A DNA stretch of 64,000 nt from positions 22,253 through 86,252 of the forward strand of contig URLR01000002.1 in assembly GCA_900548815.1 (NCBI GenBank), read 5' to 3'. Made by a program: the position numbers and the translations under genes. Origin of the DNA: an uncultured Collinsella sp. (lineage in GTDB: Bacteria > Actinomycetota > Coriobacteriia > Coriobacteriales > Coriobacteriaceae). The notes beneath the pieces were generated by a model. The model had not been told where the DNA came from, searched no databases, and saw nothing but the letters and a program-made list of their open reading frames with translations. This document shows, in pieces, positions 51,526 to 60,957 of this stretch. Positions within the stretch are counted from its first letter, which is position 1, and every line of letters starts with the position of its first letter.

Positions 51526-52389
51526 TTATTCGATGATGGTGCGGGAGTTCTGCTTATGCATAGTGGCGAGCATGTGTTTGGGAACGGCGTGGACCATGCA
51601 GCTGCCGATGGTCGCGCTCGCGGCGGCCTTGGCTGCATCGCTAGCGTTTTTGGTCGCGTAGCTGTGGCGGAAACGCTTGAGCATGGCAATGTCGTTGCCG
51701 CCGTCGCCGTAAACCGCGACCTCGTCCTCGGCAATACCGTAGTAACCCGCCAGCCAGGCCACACTCTCGCCCTTGTTGCACGCCACGTCCGTGATCTCGA
51801 ACATCACCGGATCGAACGGCGCGTTGACCACGCGGTCCGATCGCTCGGCCAAATACGCCTTAAGGTCGCGCTCCAGCTCGGGTGAGGTCACGCGACAATT
51901 GATCTTGCATACATCGTGACGCAAGATATCGCCGATCGACTGATTGAAATACTGCTCCTCGTGATACCCGCCACGTGCACGCATGCCGCGCATCACAATA
52001 CGCTTGATGGGGCTGTCCTTTTTAAAGCCCGCCTGATGCATCTCGAACGAACCGCTCGAGAACATGCCATCGGGTGTGGAGCAATCAAAGCAAATATCCG
52101 GGAATGCCTTGAGCAGCTCCTCGGTAACCTGCGGATCGATGGTCCAGGTTTTGAGCACCTCGCCATGACTGTCGCGCACGATGGAGCCGTTAGAGCAGCA
52201 GGCATCGAGCGCCAGCCCCGTAAAGCCATGCTCGCCGATTGGCAACGTCGAGCGCCCGGTCGCGGGAACCACATGCAGGCCAGCCTCGGTCAGCTCGCGA
52301 ATGGCACGGCGGATGGTCCCATCCGCCTCGTGCAGGGCGTTCAGCAGCGTTCCGTCTAAGTCACTCGCAAACATCTTGATCATGGGCAT
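51526..52389 (-). CDS. Cof-type HAD hydrolase
   Basis: ASDLDGTLL, ATGR, NKG, YGDGGNDIAML. Confidence 0.92.
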   Translation of the reverse strand: MPMIKMFASDLDGTLLNALHEADGTIRRAIRELTEAGLHVVPATGRSTLPIGEHGFTGLALDACCSNGSIVRDSHGEVLKTWTIDPQVTEELLKAFPDICFDCSTPDGMFSSGSFEMHQAGFKKDSPIKRIVMRGMRARGGYHEEQYFNQSIGDILRHDVCKINCRVTSPELERDLKAYLAERSDRVVNAPFDPVMFEITDVACNKGESVAWLAGYYGIAEDEVAVYGDGGNDIAMLKRFRHSYATKNASDAAKAAASATIGSCMVHAVPKHMLATMHKQNSRTIIE

Positions 52390-52470
52390 GCCTCTCCTTC
52401 GTCTGCACGATATTGTAGACGAGAACGGGCGCGCCCCAAGAGAGGCGCGCCCGTCAGGCGAAAGATTGTC

Positions 52471-52809
52471 CTACACCGCAGCGGGGCCGTGTTCGCCGGT
52501 ACGGATGCGGATGACTTCCTCGACCGGCTCGACCCAGATCTTGCCGTCTCCGACGGCGCCGGTGCGGGCGGCGCTGCAGATGATGTCGACAATGCCGTCG
52601 ACGTGCTCGTCGGCGCAAATGAGCGTGAACTGCACCTTAGGAATCGTGTTGACAAGCAACTCGTTGCCGCGCACGTATTCCTTCCAGCCATGCTGTGCAC
52701 CGCAGCCCTGCACCTGGTTGATAGTCATGCCGCGAACATCGGCAGCAAACAGCGCATCTTTAAGAACCTCAAGCTTTTCCTGGCGCACGATAGCCGTGAT
52801 CTTTTTCAT
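52471..52809 (-). CDS. glnK: P-II nitrogen regulatory protein
   Basis: MKKITAIVR, TGAVGDGKIW, IRIRTGE; downstream of amt. Confidence 0.92.
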   Translation of the reverse strand: MKKITAIVRQEKLEVLKDALFAADVRGMTINQVQGCGAQHGWKEYVRGNELLVNTIPKVQFTLICADEHVDGIVDIICSAARTGAVGDGKIWVEPVEEVIRIRTGEHGPAAV

Positions 52810-52911
52810 AATGAATTCCTCTCAATAATCAACGTATCCCTTTACATGAGACGCGGGTTTTCCAAATGCCGCAAACCAACCTCAGAGATCAAAAAGTTCA
52901 ACTGACTGGTC

Positions 52912-53020
52912 TTAGCAGGTTTCCCAAGTGCCGCAGATTGCCGTGAAAGAGGAGCGAAGCGTACTTAAGTACGTGAGCGACGATTGAGCGGCAAGGTGCG
53001 GTGCTTGGGGAAGCTGCTAA
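52912..53020. repeat. 109-bp palindromic insertion element between amtB and glnK
   Basis: Terminal IR TTAGCAGGTTTCCCAAG / CTTGGGGAAGCTGCTAA (15/17); core GCGAAGCGTACTTAAGTACGTGAGC. Confidence 0.75.
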
Positions 53021-54294
53021 TCGAGTCCGGAGAACGAAGGATATGCGCTCTCGCCGTGCTGACTCGCATCCAGGCCCAGCGCCTCGTCGGCCTCATCCAC
53101 ACGCAGGCTGCCGTGGAACAGTGCCTTGACCACCGCGGCGATCACCAAGTCGAGCACCAGCACGATAGCGACCGTCACCACAATGCCCAAAATCTGCGAG
53201 ATGAGCAGCGAAACGTCGCCCGTGTAGAACAGGCCACCCTTACCGGTCCACGAGAGCTCCGGCACACAGAACAGGCCCGTGAGTACGCCGCCCAGGATGC
53301 CGCCGATGCCGTGGCAACCAAACGCGTCGAGCGCATCGTCGTAGCCGAACTTGGTCTTAAGATGGCTGATGGCCAGGTAGCAGACGGGCGATACGATCAG
53401 GCCCATGACCAGCGCCGCCCACGGCTCGACAAAGCCTGCGCCGGGCGTGACCACCACAAGGCCCGCAACCAGACCGGTACTGGCACCCACCAGCGTGGGG
53501 CGGCCGGTGTGCACGCGCTCGACGGCAAGCCACGAGACCATGCCCGCCGCGCTGGCCGTCACGGTGTTGAGGATGGCAAGTGCCGCCACGGCGTCGGCCT
53601 TGAACTCGCTGCCGCCGTTAAAGCCAAACCAGCCAAACCAAAGCAAGCCGGCGCCCAGCGCCACAAACGGCACGTTATGCGGGCGATAGCTCACCATGCC
53701 AAAACCGCGACGACGGCCGAGCATCAAGCAAAGAATCAGACCCGTCAGACCGGACGAGATGTGCACCACGTCGCCGCCGGCAAAGTCGAGTGCGCCGATG
53801 ATGTCGCCGATAAAGGAGCCCTCGCCGCCCCAAACCATGTGAGCAAGCGGCGCATAGACCACGAGCAGCCAAATGCCCAGGAAGGCCGCCATGGCACCAA
53901 ACTTAACGCGGCCGGCCAGGCTGCCCGTGACGATAGCGGCGGTGATCATGGCAAACGCCATCTGGAAAGCGATATTGATAATCTGAGGGTAGACGGCACC
54001 GTCCGCGGCATTGCCCTCAGCCGCCTGCAGCACCTGGTTGAGCACCGGCAAGCACAGCAGCTGGTCAAGGCCTCCAATAAACGGGCTGGAACCGTCGCCG
54101 CCGTAGGCCAGCGACCAGCCGACAACAATCCACAGCACACCGACCAGGCCAATGGCGCCAAAACACATGAGCATGGTGTTGATGACATTTTTGCGCCTAG
54201 ACAGACCGCCATAGAAAAACGCCAGACCCGGTGTCATTAAAAACACGAGCATGGTGCAGATGAGCATAAACGTTGTCGATCCCGTATCGTTCAT
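53017..54294 (-). CDS. amtB: Ammonium transporter
   Basis: MTPGLAFFYGG, FQMAFA, DFAGGDVVH, WFGWFGFNGGS, DDALDAFGCHG, GLDASQHGESAY. Confidence 0.96.
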   Translation of the reverse strand: MNDTGSTTFMLICTMLVFLMTPGLAFFYGGLSRRKNVINTMLMCFGAIGLVGVLWIVVGWSLAYGGDGSSPFIGGLDQLLCLPVLNQVLQAAEGNAADGAVYPQIINIAFQMAFAMITAAIVTGSLAGRVKFGAMAAFLGIWLLVVYAPLAHMVWGGEGSFIGDIIGALDFAGGDVVHISSGLTGLILCLMLGRRRGFGMVSYRPHNVPFVALGAGLLWFGWFGFNGGSEFKADAVAALAILNTVTASAAGMVSWLAVERVHTGRPTLVGASTGLVAGLVVVTPGAGFVEPWAALVMGLIVSPVCYLAISHLKTKFGYDDALDAFGCHGIGGILGGVLTGLFCVPELSWTGKGGLFYTGDVSLLISQILGIVVTVAIVLVLDLVIAAVVKALFHGSLRVDEADEALGLDASQHGESAYPSFSGLD

Positions 54295-54398
54295 TCGCTC
54301 CCCCTTATTCGCATGAACGTTGTCGGCGCCCATAATGCGGCCGAGGGGAAACTGGTGTAGACCAGATACGGCGTTGTTAAACGCTGCGTTGTCGAATG

Positions 54399-54456
54399 GA
54401 AACGGTGCCGCAATCTTGGAAACGGCGCGGCAACGGGCGCGAAACGAACGGGAAAT
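54399..54456. promoter_or_regulatory. Candidate actinobacterial GlnR-type operator array upstream of amtB
   Basis: GAAAC-n6-GCAAC-n6-GAAAC-n6-GAAAT (54419-54456) plus GAAAC-n6-GCAAT (54399-54414). Confidence 0.5.
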
Positions 54457-54492
54457 ACGCGAGCAAGGAAGCCGTGAGCGCGCCCGTCCCGG

Positions 54493-55512
54493 CTAGCGGC
54501 GGAACAGCTCGCGGGCTCGGTCGCGGAGGTCGGTAGCTCTGATGACGCCCTCGTAGCGGTTGATGCGCAAGCGCGGGAAGGCATTGAAGAAGCGCAGGTC
54601 GCGGCGGCTGAGCGACACGCTCGGCACCGGACGGCTCATGCGCTTGCCGGCAAGGCGGCGACTGAGAGACGGACGCGGCATGTTCGGCGCGGCATCGGCC
54701 GCACGGCGGGCGGCAAGCGCCAGGCCGCGAGCACCATCCGCGATAAACGTCGGCATCGAAGCCTTCTCGCGCAGGGCATCGAGCGTCGCGTCGCCCAGCT
54801 CGGCCAGCCACGCGTTAACGGCACGGCTACGGATGTGCGTCTGTGCCACCGAGTCAATCGTAGAATCGGGAATACGTTCGAGCATTGAGTCCGAGGCATC
54901 GGCAAGCGACTCATTGATGCGGTCGGCAAGGTCGGCCCGGACGCGCTCCAGCTGATCAGACAGACGCCGCCAGCTCGCCAACGAGCATACCGCGTCGACC
55001 ATCATCGCGACCGCGACGATAAAGGCGGACAGCCGCACAATCAGCACCGGCAGATGACCAAGCAGCCCCAGCAATGCCGGCTCCACCACGCGGCAAATAC
55101 ACAACGCGCCCAAGCCAAACGCGCAAGCCCAGTACAGACAGATACGTCCGTGCAAGTTAAACGGCAGGTGTGAGTAATCCCAAAAGCGTGCGCCCGTTGT
55201 CTTTTCCAACAGCACGCCCACGCTGTACTCAATCACGCTACATACGAGCGCTGCGGCGACAAACTGGCTCGACGCATCCGGAATCCCGCGCAACAGCAGC
55301 CAGCAGGCAATGCCGCCCGCGCCATAGATAGGGCAGCACGGCCCCAGCAAAAAGCCGCTGTTGGCAAAGCGTCCGTGGTTGAGCATGGCGCATACCGTCG
55401 ACTCCCATGCCCAACCGCAAAACCCGTAAAAGGCAAACGAGAGCACCAGTGCCGCGAGCGGGCAGGCGGCAAGCGTCGCGCCGCCAAACGCCATATCAAT
55501 CGCGGTCCCCAC
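54493..55512 (-). CDS. Putative ABC transporter permease-like (CmpB-type) membrane protein
   Basis: FCGWAWE, GFLLGPCCPIYG, IEY, FWDYSHLPFNLHGRICL, FFNAFP. Confidence 0.85.
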   Translation of the reverse strand: MGTAIDMAFGGATLAACPLAALVLSFAFYGFCGWAWESTVCAMLNHGRFANSGFLLGPCCPIYGAGGIACWLLLRGIPDASSQFVAAALVCSVIEYSVGVLLEKTTGARFWDYSHLPFNLHGRICLYWACAFGLGALCICRVVEPALLGLLGHLPVLIVRLSAFIVAVAMMVDAVCSLASWRRLSDQLERVRADLADRINESLADASDSMLERIPDSTIDSVAQTHIRSRAVNAWLAELGDATLDALREKASMPTFIADGARGLALAARRAADAAPNMPRPSLSRRLAGKRMSRPVPSVSLSRRDLRFFNAFPRLRINRYEGVIRATDLRDRARELFRR

Positions 55513-55515
55513 CGT

Positions 55516-56052
55516 CTACCCTCTCCTCTTTTCGCTCAATTCGCTGCTCACGCCATCGTCCGCCTCGTCCTTGCGCGGCAGACGGCCGGCGACCGTCTCG
55601 CGCAGCGCGCACCATTTATCTGCCAGGCACACAATCCATGCCTCACGACACGTCGGCGGCACCGGCACCAGTGGAAACATATGCCGCACGATAATATTCC
55701 GCTCGCGCGACGTCAGCTCAAAATCTTCCTCCGCACGCGCCAGGGCAAAGAACGGATGCCGAAACCCGTGCAGCCGATGGCTCGGATCGGGGTCGTGCCA
55801 ATCGTAGAGAAAGTAGTCGTGTAACAGGGCTCCGCGCAGCAGCGAGGCACGGTCGACCGAGACACCAACGCGACCCAGGCGCTCGGCAAAGGACAGACTT
55901 GCCCGCGCCACCGAGGTCACATGCGTATACACCGTCACGTCGCCATGCTGGATAAACTCGTGCGTCAGGTCCAAGCGGCCCGCCTGGGCCAGCTGACGGG
56001 CGGCATCGTCGACCTCGCGCGCGATTTTCTCGGCACGAACGGCATCGGACAT
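55516..56052 (-). CDS. HD domain protein
   Basis: IQHGDVTVYTH, GALLHDYFLYDWH, HGFRHP, HMFP, ADK. Confidence 0.9.
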   Translation of the reverse strand: MSDAVRAEKIAREVDDAARQLAQAGRLDLTHEFIQHGDVTVYTHVTSVARASLSFAERLGRVGVSVDRASLLRGALLHDYFLYDWHDPDPSHRLHGFRHPFFALARAEEDFELTSRERNIIVRHMFPLVPVPPTCREAWIVCLADKWCALRETVAGRLPRKDEADDGVSSELSEKRRG

Positions 56053-56280
56053 GCTGCCTCCTTCCAGCGGCTCACGGCGGCAAGCCACGGCCTGTGCACA
56101 ATCGATAAAAACATCATGGAACACATCAGTATGGCATCGGACAAAACGTTTTGCCCCGCCAGTTGGCGAATTACCGCGCCGCCGTCACATATCAAACGCC
56201 AAAATGTGCGAGACTGTCTTGTGCAATTGTGCCGGCCGAGGGAGCGCCGGCACTCGATTCGCATGGAGTAACCCACAACG

Positions 56281-58062
56281 ATGCTGCTTACGCAAACGAC
56301 AACGCCCGAGGACGTCAAGGCTCTCGACCACGCCGAGCTTCCGCTGCTCTGCGGCGAGATCCGTCAGGCAATCCTCGAAAGCTCCGCCGCCGTCGGCGGG
56401 CACGTTGCCCCCAACCTGGGCGTCGTTGAGCTTACGGTCGCGCTCCATCGCGTGTTTAACTCCCCCATCGACAAGATTGTCTTCGACGTTTCGCACCAGA
56501 CCTACGCCCACAAGGCGCTGACGGGGCGCGCGTACACTTATATTGATCCGGCACGCTACGGCGAGGCCTCTGGCTTTGCCAATCCCGACGAGTCCGAGCA
56601 CGACCTGTTCGCCATGGGCCATACCTCCACGTCGGTGAGCCTGGGCTGCGGCCTTGCCCACGCGCGCGACCTGGCGGGCGACACGTATAACGTCATCACC
56701 ATCATTGGCGACGGCTCGCTTTCGGGCGGCCTGGCGTTTGAGGGCTTCAACAATGCCGCCGATCTCGACAGCAACCTGATCATCATCGTCAACGATAACG
56801 ACCAGTCCATTGCCGAGAACCATGGCGGCCTGTATCGCAATCTGGCCGAGCTGCGCGCCAGCAACGGCGCCTGCGAGCGCAACATTTTCCGCGCGATGGG
56901 GCTTGACTACCGCTATCTGAACGCCGGTAACGATGTGTTGGCCCTCGTCGACGCGCTGCAGGAACTGCGCAATATCGATCATCCCATCGTGCTGCACGTC
57001 TCGACCGCCAAGGGCAAGGGCTTTGAGCCGGCCCAGAGCGACCCCGAACGCTGGCACCACGTGGGTCCGTTTGACATGGCGACTGGGCACAAGCTTTGCC
57101 CGGGCCATCCGAGCGAGCCCGCGCCGCGCACCTATGCCGACATTACGGGCGAGGCGCTCAGCGCCGCCATCGAGCACGATCCGCAGGTCGTGGGCATCAC
57201 GGCCGCCACGCCCTACATCATGGGCTTTACACCCGAGCTTCGCGCTGCCGCCGGCAAACAGTTCGTCGATGTGGGCATTGCCGAGGAGCACGCTGTGACC
57301 TTTGCCACCGCGCTTGCACGCTCGGGCGCCAAGCCAGTCTTTGGTGTGTACGGCACGTTTTTGCAGCGCGCCTACGACGAACTGTGGCACGACCTGTGCC
57401 TCAACGACGCCCCGGCAACCATCCTGGTGTTTGGCGCGTCGATCTTTGGCACCACATCCGAGACGCACCTCTCGTTCTTCGATATTTCCATGCTGGGCGC
57501 TCTTCCCAACATGCACTACTTGGCGCCGGCCTGCATGGAGGAATATCTGTCCATGCTGAGCTGGTCGCTCGACCACCGCGAGCATCCCGTGGCGATCCGC
57601 GTACCGGGCATCGGCCTGGTAAGCCGCCCCGATCTGGCGCCCACCGAGGGCACCGATTATGGCATCGTGCGCTACGACGTCGTGCGTCAGGGCCGCAACG
57701 TTGCCGTGCTCGCGCTTGGCGATTTCTTTGAGCTGGGCGAGCGCGTGGCAAACCGCTTGGCTGCCGAGTACGGTATCGAGGCCACGCTCGTCAACCCGCG
57801 CTTTGCAACCGAGCTCGACCACGAGTTCCTCGACAGCCTTGCCGCCAAGCATCGCGTTGTCGTCACCCTCGAGGACGGCATCTTGGACGGCGGCTGGGGC
57901 GAGCGCGTGGCGTGCTACTTGGCCTGCACACCAGTGCGCACGCGCACCTTCGGCATTGCCAAGGGCTTCCCCGACCGCTACGACCCCAACGAGCTGCTCG
58001 CTCAGAACGGCATGACGGTCGAGAACATGGCCGCCGAAGCCGCGAGACTACTCAACGTGTAA
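56281..58062 (+). CDS. dxs: 1-deoxy-D-xylulose-5-phosphate synthase
   Basis: GGHVAPNLG, FDVSHQTY, GHTSTS, IGDGSLSGG, NDN, VGIAEEHA, FLQRAYD. Confidence 0.95.
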   Translation: MLLTQTTTPEDVKALDHAELPLLCGEIRQAILESSAAVGGHVAPNLGVVELTVALHRVFNSPIDKIVFDVSHQTYAHKALTGRAYTYIDPARYGEASGFANPDESEHDLFAMGHTSTSVSLGCGLAHARDLAGDTYNVITIIGDGSLSGGLAFEGFNNAADLDSNLIIIVNDNDQSIAENHGGLYRNLAELRASNGACERNIFRAMGLDYRYLNAGNDVLALVDALQELRNIDHPIVLHVSTAKGKGFEPAQSDPERWHHVGPFDMATGHKLCPGHPSEPAPRTYADITGEALSAAIEHDPQVVGITAATPYIMGFTPELRAAAGKQFVDVGIAEEHAVTFATALARSGAKPVFGVYGTFLQRAYDELWHDLCLNDAPATILVFGASIFGTTSETHLSFFDISMLGALPNMHYLAPACMEEYLSMLSWSLDHREHPVAIRVPGIGLVSRPDLAPTEGTDYGIVRYDVVRQGRNVAVLALGDFFELGERVANRLAAEYGIEATLVNPRFATELDHEFLDSLAAKHRVVVTLEDGILDGGWGERVACYLACTPVRTRTFGIAKGFPDRYDPNELLAQNGMTVENMAAEAARLLNV

Positions 58063-58063
58063 G

Positions 58064-58106
58064 AAAACCTCCGCAAGGGAAGCACCCCTGCGGAGGTTTT
58101 TATTTT
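58064..58106 (+). terminator. Intrinsic terminator of dxs
   Basis: AAAACCTCCGCA...TGCGGAGGTTTT followed by TATTTT. Confidence 0.85.
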
Positions 58107-58119
58107 CGCGACGCGATTA

Positions 58120-58335
58120 TCTCAATCTGTAACATCTAGGGCCCGAATTTCCGTCTAACTGTTACAGATCTAGATAAGACGTCGTAGTCCCAGACCTTTG
58201 TCTCAATCTGTAACAGATAGGGACCTTTTGACCGTCCAGATGTTACAGATTGAGACATTCAAATCCCCCTAAGGAGAAAATCTCAATCTGTAACAGTTAC
58301 TCGGCAAAAATGGCTGCAGATGTTACAGATTGAGA
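58120..58335. repeat. Periodic array of six alternately inverted 15-bp repeats with 25-26 nt spacers
   Basis: TCTCAATCTGTAACA at 58120, 58201, 58281; its reverse complement at 58160 (2 mismatches), 58241, 58321. Confidence 0.95.
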
Positions 58336-58351
58336 CAAAGCAGCAAGGCAA

Positions 58352-59554
58352 TTATCGATAGCTTAGCTTGAGAATTTCGACGACGTCGGGGTCGGTCAGC
58401 GTCACGGGGTCGTGGCTGAACAGGACGCCGTTGGTCGTCAGAGCGTTGTGCGCGATGGCCGGCAGCTCTTCGACCGTAATCCCCCACTCACTCATGGCGA
58501 GGTCGGCCACATGGCAAGCCTCCATCAGGCGCATGAGCTCAACTACAAAATCGTGCGGATCGCTGGCAGTAGCATTGCCCATCAGGCGCGCCATGTCGAT
58601 ATAGCGCTCGGGTGCGGCACCGTGATCGATCATCCACGTGTGATAGGCGCGGGCGATCATAATGAGCCCGGCGCCGTGCGGCAGGTCGTGATGATGCGCG
58701 CTCATGCCATGTTCAAGGCCATGCGAGCCCGTGGTGCCCGAGGCATCCATGGCATAACCGCCGAGCGTGTTGGCAAACGCAAGGCTCGAGCGCGCCTCCA
58801 AGTCATCGCCATTATTGACGCACGTAGGCAGCGCCGTGGCAGCACGCCGGATGCCTTCGCGACAAACCATGTCACCCATGGGCGTATTGGTATTTGAGAT
58901 GTAGCACTCAACGCAATGGAACAGGGTGTCGAATCCCTGATAGGCGGTCAGACGCGCCGGGACGCTCACCATAAGCTCGGGATCAACGATCGAAAGCACC
59001 GGGAACAGGCGCGGATCGCCCAGACGAAGCTTCTCGTCATTGTCCTCGCAGGACAGGACACCGCCCGCATCGACCTCGGAGCCGGTACCCGCCGTGGTGG
59101 TCACGCAAACAAGCGGCAGCGGATCGTTGGGGATGGGCAGGCCGAGCGCAGTGCCGCCATTCACAAAGTCCCAGATGTCACCGGGGCATTCGTTGCCCTC
59201 GGCATCGGTATGCGGGTTGGCCGCCACAGCGCAGATGCCCTTGCTGCCGTCCATGACCGAGCCGCCGCCAAGCGCCAGCACAAAGTCGCAGCCATGGGTA
59301 CGCGCCATCCAGCCGCCCTTGTTGACCGTCTCGCGTAGCGGGTTGGGCTCAATACGGTCGAACAGCTCGTGCGCCACGCCGGCACGGTCGAGCTCTGCCT
59401 CCAAACGTCCCAGATATCCAAAGCGCTTGACCGAGTTGCCGCCGGTCGTAACGATGAGCGCTTTGGTACCAGGCAGCTTCTGCGCGCCCAGTTCGCCCAA
59501 CTTGCCCGCGCCGAACAGCACCCTGGTCGGTGCGAAAAACGAATAACCGTTCAT
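58352..59554 (-). CDS. Iron-containing alcohol dehydrogenase
   Basis: IEPNP, LGGGSVMD, TTAGTGSE, DTLFHCVE, HGLEH, HGAG. Confidence 0.93.
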   Translation of the reverse strand: MNGYSFFAPTRVLFGAGKLGELGAQKLPGTKALIVTTGGNSVKRFGYLGRLEAELDRAGVAHELFDRIEPNPLRETVNKGGWMARTHGCDFVLALGGGSVMDGSKGICAVAANPHTDAEGNECPGDIWDFVNGGTALGLPIPNDPLPLVCVTTTAGTGSEVDAGGVLSCEDNDEKLRLGDPRLFPVLSIVDPELMVSVPARLTAYQGFDTLFHCVECYISNTNTPMGDMVCREGIRRAATALPTCVNNGDDLEARSSLAFANTLGGYAMDASGTTGSHGLEHGMSAHHHDLPHGAGLIMIARAYHTWMIDHGAAPERYIDMARLMGNATASDPHDFVVELMRLMEACHVADLAMSEWGITVEELPAIAHNALTTNGVLFSHDPVTLTDPDVVEILKLSYR

Positions 59555-59657
59555 ACGCGATCTCCTTACTTATATATGCGTCGCGTTGCCGCCATTATAG
59601 CGACCGCTGCGAGCGATCATGCCGTCTGCAAAGCGCTATCTCAGCTGTAATAACTGA

Positions 59658-59708
59658 CGTTTGCCCAGATAAAACCTGTCAAAATAAACCTGTCCCTTTT
59701 TGGTAGGT
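59658..59708. repeat. REP-like hairpin repeat, copy 4
   Basis: CAGATAAAACCTGTCAAAATAAACCTGTCCCTTTTTGGTAGGT. Confidence 0.88.
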
Positions 59709-59823
59709 AGAATAACCCATAAAGTAAGTATGTTTCTGAGTTATTTCGTGTTGACCCGTCTGAGCGCAATAGGGTATAACTCTACTCAACCGCTAGGGAT
59801 TTTATTGAGAAAGGTGTTCTCCC

Positions 59824-60819
59824 ATGAGCAAGAACCTCTCCCAGCAGGTCGTTCTCGACCGCCGCGGCTTCGTTGCCGCCACCTTCGCAACCGTCGCCGG
59901 CCTTGGTCTTGCCGGCTGCTCCGACACCAGCGCCGAGGCCGACAAGGGTTCCGCCGCCGGCTCCTCCAAGGGCTCCGAGGATACCGAGGCTTCCACCACG
60001 CTCGACGCTAAGGCATTCGACAAGCTCGTCGACAACGGCCCCAAGGCCGATGACGATGCCATCGCCGCCAGCACCTGGGCTACGGCCGTCAAGGACGCCG
60101 GCGTCTTTAAGATCGGTGGCGTTCAGACCTCTACGCTCTTCTCCCTCCTCAACGAGAAAGACGGTCAGACCCGTGGCTTCGACGCCGGTATCGCACAGCT
60201 CCTGTCCAACTACATTCTGGGCGAGAACAAGGTCGAGATCACCCAGGTGACCTCGGACACGCGCGAGTCCGTCCTGCAGAACGGCCAGGTCGACGCCGTC
60301 TTTGCCACCTACACCATCACTGACGAGCGCAAGAAGCTCGTCTCCTTTGCCGGTCCCTACTACTACACCCAGCAGGCTATCCTGGTGCTCGCCGATAACG
60401 ACGACATCAAGAGCGTCGACGACCTAGCCGACAAGAACGTCGCCGTCCAGTCCGGCTCCAACGGCCCCGCCATCCTGGAGGAGTTCGCTCCCAAGGCCAG
60501 CCAGCAGGAGTTCAAGACCGACGAGGAAGCCCGCCAGGCACTCCAGCAGGGCCGCGTTGACGCCTACGTCATCGATAACAACATGCAGCAGAGCGCCCTG
60601 GTCCGCGAGCCCGGTAAATACAAGATCGCCGGCAAGCCCTTCGGCAGCAAGGAGCCCTATGGCATCGGTCTACCGCTCGATTCCGACGGCGTCGCCTTTG
60701 TCAACGACTTCCTTAAGAAGATCGAGGACGACGGCACCTGGACCGAGCTGTGGCAGATCTGCATCGGCGACCGTACGGGCGACACCAATGTTCCCGAGCT
60801 GCCCGAGATCGGCGCCTAG
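59824..60819 (+). CDS. Polar amino acid (glutamate-type) ABC substrate-binding lipoprotein
   Basis: Twin-arginine-like DRRGFV plus LAGC lipobox; GFDAG, TRESVLQNGQVD, TYTITDERKK, FAGPY, EPYGIG. Confidence 0.9.
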   Translation: MSKNLSQQVVLDRRGFVAATFATVAGLGLAGCSDTSAEADKGSAAGSSKGSEDTEASTTLDAKAFDKLVDNGPKADDDAIAASTWATAVKDAGVFKIGGVQTSTLFSLLNEKDGQTRGFDAGIAQLLSNYILGENKVEITQVTSDTRESVLQNGQVDAVFATYTITDERKKLVSFAGPYYYTQQAILVLADNDDIKSVDDLADKNVAVQSGSNGPAILEEFAPKASQQEFKTDEEARQALQQGRVDAYVIDNNMQQSALVREPGKYKIAGKPFGSKEPYGIGLPLDSDGVAFVNDFLKKIEDDGTWTELWQICIGDRTGDTNVPELPEIGA

Positions 60820-60957
60820 GCAGCGAGCCTAGTAACGGCCGCTGCGAAACCATACGGAAACGCACGAGGTGCTTTATTGCGCTAAACTGTTTCCTCACTG
60901 AGTTGTCGGGGCTTCCGTACACACGGGAGCCCCTTTCCTTATCGGCGGGAGGTCCGC

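Noticed and set aside
58120..58335. CRISPR array
   Set aside because: Repeats are 15 bp and alternate in orientation, spacers are related to one another, and no cas genes are present.
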